The translations under genes were made by a program, and so were the position numbers. Positions 27,101 through 33,150 of a stretch of DNA of 33,150 bases are shown one piece after another. The notes beneath the pieces were generated by a model. It saw only the letters and a list, made by a program, of their open reading frames with translations, searched no databases and was not told where the DNA came from. The first letter of the stretch is position 1; each line of letters begins with the position of its first letter. The DNA comes from a virus (taxonomy: Duplodnaviria > Caudoviricetes), in the IMG/VR virus record IMGVR_UViG_3300030117_005467, positions 1 to 33,150 of that record; one strand, 5' to 3'.

Positions 27101-30100
27101 CAGGTAGAATTAATTGAAGAGTTTTTAAAATGGGATTCAAAAACACAAGAGTTAGATAAACTTACAACATTTACTCAACCCTCCATACCAGTAACTCGCA
27201 AGATGAAAGAGTCTGCATTAAAAGGACAGCCTACATTCAGAGCCAGTAAACGGACCACAACAGAAGATGTATTGGATTCACCATCATTTAAAAAATGGTT
27301 TAAAGGCTCAAAGGTAGTAGATGAAAATGGTAAGCCATTGGTTATGTATCATGGGACAAAATCAAATATTGATGAGTTTAATTTAGATACTGCAAAAAAA
27401 ATTCAACCTGGTAACAGAATGTTTGGTGATGGTTTTTATTTTTCAAGGTATTTAACAACTCCAAATAGATTTAGCGAAGGTCCAGGTGGAAATATAATTC
27501 CAGTTTACTTGTCAATTAAAAATCCCTGGATTGCAAATCAAGAATCTCCAAAATGGAAACCAGAAACAATAGAAAAATTTCTTGATGCAGTTGGTCGAGA
27601 TGAATCAGCAGATTATATCGAAGAAAAACTTAATGATTTTAATAAAGGTAGAGAAAGTGTAATACAGCAATTTTTGGGGAGTGATGGGTTTCAAAAAATA
27701 TTAATTGAAAATGGATATGATGGAATTAAAGATGGTCCTGATTACATTGCTTTTAAACCTACTCAAATAAAATCCATATTTAACAAAGGTACATTTAACC
27801 TACATGATCCAAAGATTTCATTTCACATTGCAGAAAAAGATTTGGTAACTCCACTTGCGAAAATATACCAGCAACAAAAAGGAAATAAGAAAAGGTATAC
27901 CAAGAAAAACTTTGAAGATGATTTGATAAGACTTGGCTACCAGGATGATGAAATTAGAACAGCAATGGATTTGTTTGGGATTATTCGCATAAAACAAATT
28001 GAAACAACAGATCCTACTCCAATTGAAAAAGAATTAAAAAAGATTCAAAAAAGGCATACTACCAGGTCTGAATTAAAGACCAGAATAAAAAGAGCATACA
28101 GAATTGGAGCCCAGGAAAAAGAAAAAGAAATATTAAAACTGCAAAAGATGGTTACCAAATATGCCAGAGACAATATGCCTGTAGGTGAATATAAAAAATC
28201 TGAGGTTACAGGTTTACTTGCAAAGGTCAGGGATGCCAAAAGATACCGAGAAATGATTTCAGCTTTTGAAAGAATAGATCGTGTAATTGATAAAGTAGAA
28301 AAACGATCTGCATTATCTTCCTGGAACAAAGCAATTAAAAAGAAAGCCAAAGTAAAAAAGGTTAAAGGCATACCCCAGGGTCAGGTGGGATCCGAGGTTC
28401 AGGATATTGTAAATAAAATAAGAGCCGTATACAAGCTGGATCAGGCAACAGTAGAAGATAAAAGAAATGCTCTGCTTGACAGTATCTCCAAGAATGAAGA
28501 TGGTGAACCAACAGAAGAGCAAACAATTAATTTAAATATTAATATGATGTATGGAGCGATTAGAGATAAAACACCCCAGGAGATTACCGAAGCTACTAAT
28601 TTTTTTAATGAACTTGTTGATGAAGGTCGCATGATGGTGATCCAGGACCAGGAAGCATATAAGCAAAGAATGGCAGAGGTTAAAGCAGAAATATTGGATA
28701 TTATTACAGGTGGAGCAGGAACACAGTCTCAGTCTGGGGCTCAAAGAATAGGGCTTAAAAAAGAAGGTAAAGTTGCTGACATTAAAGAATTAATTTCCCA
28801 TATTGACAGTGCAAACCAATCCCTGGAATATTTATTTGACAAGCTGTCTAGGCTTGATAAAACATCAAAGCCATTAGAGTCATATATTAATGAATATTTT
28901 ATGCCAAAAGTTAGACAGGCAAGAATTGCTGAATACAATGGCTTAGTTGAAATGCAAAAAATGTTAATGGAAAAAGCTGAAGAAATTTTTGGCGTTAAAG
29001 GCAGAAAATTAACACAGAGATTAAATCAAAATACAGTTGATAAAATTAGAGTAGATCACAAAGATGGGGCTGAAGGACCATCAACATACAGTGAATTAAC
29101 CTACAATCAGGCGTATAAAAAATGGATGGAACTTCAGGATCCAACCTTGCACAAAACTTTTGAATCAATGGGCTGGAACATATTTAAAACTCAAAGACAA
29201 ATCGAAGGGCAGTTACCAGCAGATGTTATGAAATGGGCTAAGTGGCAGTTGAATGAGTTTTATCCCATGTATTACCAAAGAGTCAATGAAACTTTTCGTA
29301 AAAGATTTAACATAAATATGCCATTTAATCCTGTGTACTCACCAATATCCAGGAGAGTTGGATCAAGGGCTGATGAGGGTGATGACACCTTAAATAAAAG
29401 TAAATCACCAATGGGTAGCATGACATCAATGGGATCTTTAAAAGCCAGGGTAAGTAACACCGAAGAATTAACCTGGATTGATGGTGACACAACAATAATG
29501 CGACACATTACAGAAATGGAGCATTTTGTACACTACACCCAGGTAATGAGAGAATTAAGATCTGTGTTTATGTCTCGTGATATTTCTAAAGCAATTATTG
29601 ATTATCATGGTCAAGGAATGAGCAGAGTTTTAAATAAATTTATGGATGATATTGCCAGGGGTGGAGTTGATCAGTCAAACAATATTTATTGGATGGACTG
29701 GTTAAGAGGTAATTTTTCACGATCTGCAATTGGTGCAAACCCAGTTGTATTTTTAAAGCAGTTGGCTTCTATTCCAGCTTATATGGCAGATATACCTATG
29801 CTCAGTTGGAGCAAAGAGTTTGCAAAGGTATTTAACCCAATTGAATTTAGAAGAATGTATAAAACCTTATCAAAAAGTGAGATGCTTAAAATGAGATACG
29901 ATAAGGGTTTTGAAAGGGATATGGTAGAAGCACTTAAAAACACCAAGCCTGGTAAAGTTATTACAGGAGCAAATCTGTTTAACAACCTTGCTTATGCCCT
30001 TACAAAAATGGGCGATAAACAAGCGATCTTTCTTGGAGGTTGGGCAGTATATAAGTATCATTACAAACAAGCATTAAAAGATGGAAAAACAAGGCAAGAA

Positions 30101-30829
30101 GCAAAGAATTTTGCAATGAGAAAGTTTGAAGAAGCTACTTTAAGATCTCAACAGGCAAGTGATGTTGAAGATGTATCTGACTTTGCCAGAAGGGGATCTC
30201 TTGCAAAACTGTTTACAATGTTTATGACCTCTCCAAATCAATATTACAGAATGGTCATTGGAGGATATAGAAATCTGTTTGCAGGAAGAGGATCAAAATC
30301 AGAGAATGTAAGGAAAATTGTAGTTGGGCAGTTTTTATTGCCAACCTTATTTGAATTTATATCTAATGGGTTTGAATGGGATAATGAGGACCAGGCAATG
30401 TCTATTTTATTATTTCCATTTTCTGGATTACTTTTTTTCGGTCAAGGCTTTGATTATATGGTTCGATCTATTTATGGTAAAGCATTTCCAATGGGTACAG
30501 TTCCAGTTTTATCTTTCATGGAAGATTATGGCAAAGCACTGAAAAGAGCATTTAATGATAAAAAGTTTACTACCGAAAAAACATTAAAGATTGCTGATGA
30601 TTTTATATCTGGAACCTCAAAAGTACTTGGAGTTCCTTATGCTCCTGCAATAAGAACAGGTAAAGGAATTGTTAAAGTTGCAAAGGGTGAAGCAGAGAAA
30701 CCCATTAGAGAAGCAATTGGATTCAGGTTTGACAAAGGAAAGAAAAAGAAAAAGAAGATCCAATACAAAACAAGTAAAGGTAAGCTGATTACAACCAGGC
30801 AAGGTAGCGAACCAAATTTTGCTCAATAA
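21104..30829 (+). CDS. Giant polyvalent virion/ejection protein (3241 aa) with ART, HhH-GPD-like, GNAT-like and other modules
   Basis: Uninterrupted ORF in the position of the large ejection protein. G/A-rich hydrophobic segment near aa 200-235, ART-PolyVal motif FKKWF..SKVVDENGKPLVMYHGT...PTQIKS, helical C-terminal region. Confidence 0.88.
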   Translation: MAEPLVPQQRNSLDDILNKAFDDLERERQRRDNIINAPDPAKRLGEIQRVEKQVSTETPDIQQAVTTKMYQDTSYYTGRPLGSPKSVEQDQPLVKPGLKPGEVNQWAGFLNAIKSGYKQGKMARNVLALEGGADAEERLKEIASLQAELRGIPRSKAYNEFNKSETFGEALKTLAVDPIEITSQLVAESMASFLPTQFAGMMAGAGVGAGVGSVVPGVGTIAGASAGALYGGITSSGLTSLGLEYSGKMLEVMGELGVDVENPDDLARGFSDQKIMSEARKLGLRKGVPIALFDLVSAGVAGRFMKPGRSLASKAIQGSKEVGTQAVLGSSGELAGQLSAGEEIQPSAIVAEGIAEIGQSAPTGAVRVATQKFKTQKLEQAKAKGLEALNNNQLRTLSDKELQDFTRSLTKEEAMEVGIDQEKGTAETTSAIGQEFTRRELNLDKIPETEKELREVASKRIISDQKAEGKDFVGRLIEKAQEESGIQIEREYLDRTLADEIQDENLSEERSAEILKEHGIDENTDPNEIMITGRTSGYVVRLSTAGTEERLADEFVAVNEEMAEVYYNAETEKGGQDFENEVSQDRKNYYEATGETDTGESNKEWFSTMALRFATQGQVHESIGAKLRDIFKEFIASAQKILADSLRLKKHIEQGKISDSLLNKLESATDFKKVGESVRQAKKSKKQPSYRTVRKPKGKDVLGRDIPDWRGATVFHSTNEKSAEDIKQKGYRTDIEDQSGYYGKAISFTPDIEYTKQFGDIVTTAKISEDAKILNQNDPEDSEVFDSIMEGKGWGPDMHQYFLDAGIDGVYDPGAGDLFIYNPKVVTYKSSKSATSYRVNKETSQESLISPTESQQPSKFIINRNGRVNLEKFQGKVTSSDLSTQSISKIKNSDWVRADGDVVIGDIIKFKEGVFGGNYRNPKYVGDRSNIAIITKDSYGEVSGQHTFSIEILKSTGVEKLAKGFKTRRKGRVIYRNGVERLLWNNEQSRELVKDEKHNRGQQVRNLKKERYSGNISYRITEKEGSDLVWKNIPIVKQPKLLELTKYLTERAKSISDDLGIDLTQNTPEAIDIISNVIAEEIRIELENKKNALGWYSIKMQNAIELLSQIYPEIMQDPDHNQVFKVALAITSNGTPVEDNLKIAMVAYEHWRDKGTLPGTFKVGGQEGPAMAKAFRLYNKSVKDFGSDFVHNFINTEFTVKEITDMGFPVKGELVSAKVMGAVIFGPKVGGGFLSNLNGHYQYLTMDRWFMRTLGRIRGNLKPQQDYSKQLKRFRTALRINPSKMKLYNVSKEDLKNDDKVIEVARKVLKEYAKSKYVKKDKRKRSFYPKTEINKASNNLINTIDKIHEAPSSGTERKYLREIMKIAVEKSGVEGLTMADAQAIIWFPEKRFISKFGVGSQRGKKETDYETEARQYVKSRIGSVQPLRRSTTDRRDSDIQPGKESDAKLQKEKSSYRLAPTFYSQAEKSVTEKFPPSMKAQSVPNWLQKNQVTPEEIYWLDLESLLKGKQKVTKEELQGYIQANKIEVQDVMRGGNAKFTAKELNNDELYKYFDFYDEAYSLTEPVINPLDDTWFGLSLKKNLIKFIRIYNAEDREFLVWRQTESDPFFIDEIRTDETSFNAIPGSKVRVHVDSSKFLDDVHDRIAEKLSYAPQYSGHQLPGEKEDYRELLLTLPMAVDFANIRFSNKTNEYEVYGSVDNLLGSFGNKEDAESFKNELSQTSQIKDTFTSSHFDERNILAHVRFNTRKSPTGEKVLFIEEVQSDWHKQGREKGYKKKIPANVKRETDSLNKKGYALIREINDLNPNHIEQYSKIERLQNELDLTVDKKNKLEEPYSPQGVVDAPFKDSGWIKLIMKRMLRYASENNFDRIAWTTSNQQVERWRNSLRQNVDQISYQKFGSNSMGKPTFLVAINGLKNNKSVFNQTVPIEGETTINGHKVTLDGLLGKQMASQIRKSQDKTGVIEGDNLTIGGTGFKVVYDFAIKKILNKMGKPSGVKVDQVELIEEFLKWDSKTQELDKLTTFTQPSIPVTRKMKESALKGQPTFRASKRTTTEDVLDSPSFKKWFKGSKVVDENGKPLVMYHGTKSNIDEFNLDTAKKIQPGNRMFGDGFYFSRYLTTPNRFSEGPGGNIIPVYLSIKNPWIANQESPKWKPETIEKFLDAVGRDESADYIEEKLNDFNKGRESVIQQFLGSDGFQKILIENGYDGIKDGPDYIAFKPTQIKSIFNKGTFNLHDPKISFHIAEKDLVTPLAKIYQQQKGNKKRYTKKNFEDDLIRLGYQDDEIRTAMDLFGIIRIKQIETTDPTPIEKELKKIQKRHTTRSELKTRIKRAYRIGAQEKEKEILKLQKMVTKYARDNMPVGEYKKSEVTGLLAKVRDAKRYREMISAFERIDRVIDKVEKRSALSSWNKAIKKKAKVKKVKGIPQGQVGSEVQDIVNKIRAVYKLDQATVEDKRNALLDSISKNEDGEPTEEQTINLNINMMYGAIRDKTPQEITEATNFFNELVDEGRMMVIQDQEAYKQRMAEVKAEILDIITGGAGTQSQSGAQRIGLKKEGKVADIKELISHIDSANQSLEYLFDKLSRLDKTSKPLESYINEYFMPKVRQARIAEYNGLVEMQKMLMEKAEEIFGVKGRKLTQRLNQNTVDKIRVDHKDGAEGPSTYSELTYNQAYKKWMELQDPTLHKTFESMGWNIFKTQRQIEGQLPADVMKWAKWQLNEFYPMYYQRVNETFRKRFNINMPFNPVYSPISRRVGSRADEGDDTLNKSKSPMGSMTSMGSLKARVSNTEELTWIDGDTTIMRHITEMEHFVHYTQVMRELRSVFMSRDISKAIIDYHGQGMSRVLNKFMDDIARGGVDQSNNIYWMDWLRGNFSRSAIGANPVVFLKQLASIPAYMADIPMLSWSKEFAKVFNPIEFRRMYKTLSKSEMLKMRYDKGFERDMVEALKNTKPGKVITGANLFNNLAYALTKMGDKQAIFLGGWAVYKYHYKQALKDGKTRQEAKNFAMRKFEEATLRSQQASDVEDVSDFARRGSLAKLFTMFMTSPNQYYRMVIGGYRNLFAGRGSKSENVRKIVVGQFLLPTLFEFISNGFEWDNEDQAMSILLFPFSGLLFFGQGFDYMVRSIYGKAFPMGTVPVLSFMEDYGKALKRAFNDKKFTTEKTLKIADDFISGTSKVLGVPYAPAIRTGKGIVKVAKGEAEKPIREAIGFRFDKGKKKKKKIQYKTSKGKLITTRQGSEPNFAQ
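25308..25478 (+). CDS. Candidate nested +1-frame ORF (56 aa, or 42 aa from ATG 25350)
   Basis: AGGA 7 nt before GTG 25308. MAKKKQIMKQKQDNMSNQGLDQSNPSGEVQPIEEIATFSQVKKAMQNFKKKNRLTD*, with the stop at the module seam. Confidence 0.35.
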   Translation: MAKKKQIMKQKQDNMSNQGLDQSNPSGEVQPIEEIATFSQVKKAMQNFKKKNRLTD

Positions 30830-30896
30830 CTCCCTTGCCATATCCAAACAAACAGTCTGAAGTTTCACTGATCATTTAATTATGATTGCACTCCTG

Positions 30897-30934
30897 ATGC
30901 CCTGGGGACACTTAATAACCTGGGGCATTTATTT
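30897..30934 (+). terminator. Hairpin after the giant gene
   Basis: ATGCCCTGGG pairs with CCTGGGGCAT (two wobble pairs), followed by TTATTT. Confidence 0.55.
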
Positions 30935-30969
30935 CCCCCATAGAGTATTCTTTAAAAGGAGATTAGCAC

Positions 30970-31230
30970 ATGGCAAGTGGCTCATCAATCGCAACAGTAA
31001 GAGGGTTAGGATCAGCAAATAGAGCAGTGGCTCATACAGGTACAGGTACATTTGAACAGCCTAAAGGCGTTTATATTGGTGTATCTGACGATTATCGGTT
31101 TACACTAAATGGCACAGCAGTAGACTTTAAAAACTGTAACGCTGGTTCTTTCTTACCCATAAGACCAACCAAAGTAACAGACACCAGTGATGCAACAGTT
31201 CAAGCTGGTGATATCGTTCTTCTTTATTAA
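30970..31230 (+). CDS. Head-spike base protein (RcGTA Rcc01079-like)
   Basis: 86 aa with P.GVYIG, V.F.N..AG.FLPI....V and DIV.LY motifs. AAGGAG RBS. Confidence 0.78.
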   Translation: MASGSSIATVRGLGSANRAVAHTGTGTFEQPKGVYIGVSDDYRFTLNGTAVDFKNCNAGSFLPIRPTKVTDTSDATVQAGDIVLLY

Positions 31231-31232
31231 CC

Positions 31233-31358
31233 ATGATCCAGTTTGGCATCAACTTTGCCAGGGCATCCATGCAGTGGTTGGAAACCATATTGGATACCTG
31301 GAGTGCTATTGTTGAACAATGGCAAGATATTGACACTAATTGGGAAAATTTAGATTAG
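31233..31358 (+). CDS. Small Trp-repeat peptide (41 aa)
   Basis: MIQFGINFARASMQWLETILDTWSAIVEQWQDIDTNWENLD*. Fills the gap between spike base and fibre genes. Confidence 0.7.
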   Translation: MIQFGINFARASMQWLETILDTWSAIVEQWQDIDTNWENLD

Positions 31359-31367
31359 GAATTAATT

Positions 31368-33053
31368 ATGGCAACATTAAATGGTAAAAAAGTAAGCGAG
31401 AGTTACAAAGACTTACTTCAAGTTTCAAATTCAAATAGTGGTGTAGATGCTACACTTAGAACAGTAGAAGATGGCGAAGGAACTTCTGCTGGTGTCCAGT
31501 TATCAACAACGGATACAAGTTTTAATGGCAATCACATTTTAAAAGAACAAGGCAAACAAAGCCATATAGCCAATACATTTGCATCGCCTTACTATTTTAT
31601 GGATAGTGCAACAACTGACCATATCATAACAGCACAAACAGCAATCCTTCCTTCTGGATCATCAGATAGATCAGTATCAGCTTGGGTATATCCAACGGAT
31701 ATGACAACAATTGAAGCTATTGCAAAGTGGGGGTCATTAATATCTAATCAGTTATTTAATTTTTGTATTGTTGGTAGCGATGATAACAAATTAAAAGTTT
31801 ATGGATATGGAAATGATGCAGTTCAAACTGGTTCAGAAAGAGTTGTAGTAAATCAATGGAATCATGTAGCGTGTACTTATAATGGAAGCAATCTTCTTTT
31901 TTACATAAATGGAATATTTGATTCATCAGTTGCATTTCCTACCACAGCTCTTAATACTGCCACTCCCACATATTTGTATCTTGGGTCTTACAATGCTGTA
32001 AATTACAATTTTGGAGGGTCTATTGGTAATGCTCAAGTTTGGAACAGAGTATTAGATGCTTCTGAGGTAAAAGAATTATACTCTGGAAAAAGCGTATCTT
32101 ATGAGTATAAAGGTGCAGATAACACTCACAGAATTACTGGAAATGCTACTTCACAAGACGGAAGCGTATCTGGTGCAAGTGCTACTGCTTTTGAACTTTC
32201 AGCTACTGGAAATGGAAGGGCTGGATGGGCATTAACATCTAATTTAGAAGTTGGCAAAACATATAAAGTATCATTTACAGCCACTTCAGCGACTGTTGAT
32301 GGAGAAGCTACTGCTGGAAATTGGCAGTGTAGGCTATACACTTCAAGCGTTTTTCTCGATTCTGGTTCAACAAATCTTGTTCAATTTAGTCATGGGGCTG
32401 GTGCAACTGAAGCTACTTTTATTAATACTGGAAGTAGTTTTTCTCATATCGGTTTTAAATCTTTAACATCTAGTACAAATTTAAAAATTTCAAATTTTGA
32501 CATTCGTGAAATAGGTTGTGTTGCAGAGTACGATGGAACAGGAGTTGCAAGTGATAAATGGTTTGATAAATCTGGTAATGATTTACACGCTACTGTATCT
32601 GGAGCAGAGGTTACTAATGCTCCTTCAGGTGACGATGGTTTGGTTTATGAGGAAGGTGATTGGAGTCCTGTATTTGCACAATCAGATTCATTGTCAAATG
32701 AAGTACCAGTGCAGGCAGACACTGCTGGTAAATATGTTAGAATTGGAAATAAAGTCACAATAACTGGTCAAGCAATAGGAGGTTCATCAAGTGGAAGTGT
32801 ATCTGCAAGTCATACTATAGCGATTAAAGGTTTACCTTATCCAGTTCCAAATGAAGGAGGAAATAGAAGTACTGCTACTGTAATTGGTCTTACTGTAAAT
32901 CTTGCTTCTGGAAAAAGAATTGTTGGATATATTTTACAAAATACTTCGCAAATAAATTTATATGTTAATGATGGAACATCCGAAGGTCAACTTCGATTTG
33001 ATGAATTAACAAATGCTGGTCATTTAGTTTTTTCAGCAACATATATAGTATAG
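31368..33053 (+). CDS. Virion fibre / receptor-binding protein with LamG (concanavalin A-like) domain
   Basis: SVSAWVYP, NQWNHVACTYNG..L.FYING and WNRVL.ASEV LamG motifs. C-terminal YEEG.W.P...GKYVRIGN.V...GLPY fibre-tip domain. Confidence 0.82.
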   Translation: MATLNGKKVSESYKDLLQVSNSNSGVDATLRTVEDGEGTSAGVQLSTTDTSFNGNHILKEQGKQSHIANTFASPYYFMDSATTDHIITAQTAILPSGSSDRSVSAWVYPTDMTTIEAIAKWGSLISNQLFNFCIVGSDDNKLKVYGYGNDAVQTGSERVVVNQWNHVACTYNGSNLLFYINGIFDSSVAFPTTALNTATPTYLYLGSYNAVNYNFGGSIGNAQVWNRVLDASEVKELYSGKSVSYEYKGADNTHRITGNATSQDGSVSGASATAFELSATGNGRAGWALTSNLEVGKTYKVSFTATSATVDGEATAGNWQCRLYTSSVFLDSGSTNLVQFSHGAGATEATFINTGSSFSHIGFKSLTSSTNLKISNFDIREIGCVAEYDGTGVASDKWFDKSGNDLHATVSGAEVTNAPSGDDGLVYEEGDWSPVFAQSDSLSNEVPVQADTAGKYVRIGNKVTITGQAIGGSSSGSVSASHTIAIKGLPYPVPNEGGNRSTATVIGLTVNLASGKRIVGYILQNTSQINLYVNDGTSEGQLRFDELTNAGHLVFSATYIV

Positions 33054-33086
33054 ATTTTTTAATTGGATAATTAAAAGGAGTCAGAA

Positions 33087-33150
33087 ATGGCATTAGAAAA
33101 AGTGGTCGAGGTAGACCAAATCGAAGTAAAAGGTGATTACTCAATACAAG
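33087..33150 (+). CDS. Hypothetical fibre-associated protein (3' truncated)
   Basis: AAGGAG RBS. MALEKVVEVDQIEVKGDYSIQ... Confidence 0.7.
   Translation, partial: MALEKVVEVDQIEVKGDYSIQ

Larger units (their letters stand above)
1..33150 (+). mobile_element. Tailed phage/prophage genome segment (lambdoid-type replication region, podovirus-type virion genes)
   Basis: Co-oriented, tightly coupled genes in the order recombination, replication, terS, terL, portal, scaffold, capsid, adaptor, nozzle, ejection proteins, fibre. No host housekeeping genes and no sheath or tape-measure/tail-chaperone arrangement seen. Confidence 0.97.

Noticed and set aside
21104-30829. Giant ORF as a tape-measure protein or virion RNA polymerase
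   Set aside because: The context is podovirus-like with no tail tube or chaperone genes, and I found no recognisable polymerase catalytic motifs.
411-32341. Minus-strand ORFs in the supplied track
   Set aside because: Nearly all lie opposite well-supported plus-strand genes and have shadow-frame composition (F/L/I/S-rich) with no recognisable motifs.
31368-33053. Diversity-generating retroelement target in the fibre
   Set aside because: No reverse transcriptase and no near-duplicate template repeat seen in this window. One outside the window cannot be excluded.
1-33150. Stop-codon recoding, introns, inteins or tRNA genes
   Set aside because: Genes tile the window under the standard code, TerL and the initiator are of normal length, and I saw no cloverleaf in the short intergenic gaps.
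1-33150. Classical E. coli Vsr repair as the sole cause of the CCWGG excess
   Set aside because: CTAG, CCAAG and CTTGG are still easy to find and GGWCC is also enriched, so the expected depletion pattern is not obvious. A formal count is needed to settle it.

Overview
A 33 kb piece of a tailed dsDNA phage or prophage genome with essentially all genes on the + strand and frequent translational coupling (TAATG/ATGA overlaps). The left 7.6 kb is a lambdoid-style early and replication region: excisionase-like HTH, small early genes, YqaJ exonuclease plus a putative annealing protein, DUF1599-like protein, RusA, PD-(D/E)XK nuclease, and an O/DnaD-like initiator with internal iterons plus a helicase loader. 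From 7.9 kb there is a podovirus-type morphogenesis module: TerS, TerL, portal, an inserted 2OG-Fe(II) oxygenase, scaffold, capsid, adaptor, a 1459-aa nozzle-like protein, two probable ejection proteins, a 3241-aa giant protein, a head-spike base and a LamG fibre. Two signals stand out. (1) The middle of the giant protein is five unrelated modules joined at a recurring S/T-Y/F-R/H seam (DNA TTCTTATCG three times): ART-like, a domain resembling one from plant SAP/CCCH proteins, HhH-GPD glycosylase-like (with a nested out-of-frame ORF at its end), GNAT-like and a second ART. (2) CCWGG is strongly over-represented (roughly 8-fold by hand count in the first 6 kb), with lesser excess of GGWCC and GATC, and it drops out in apparently recently acquired modules. 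All family assignments are by motif recognition without database searches, and all counts are manual.
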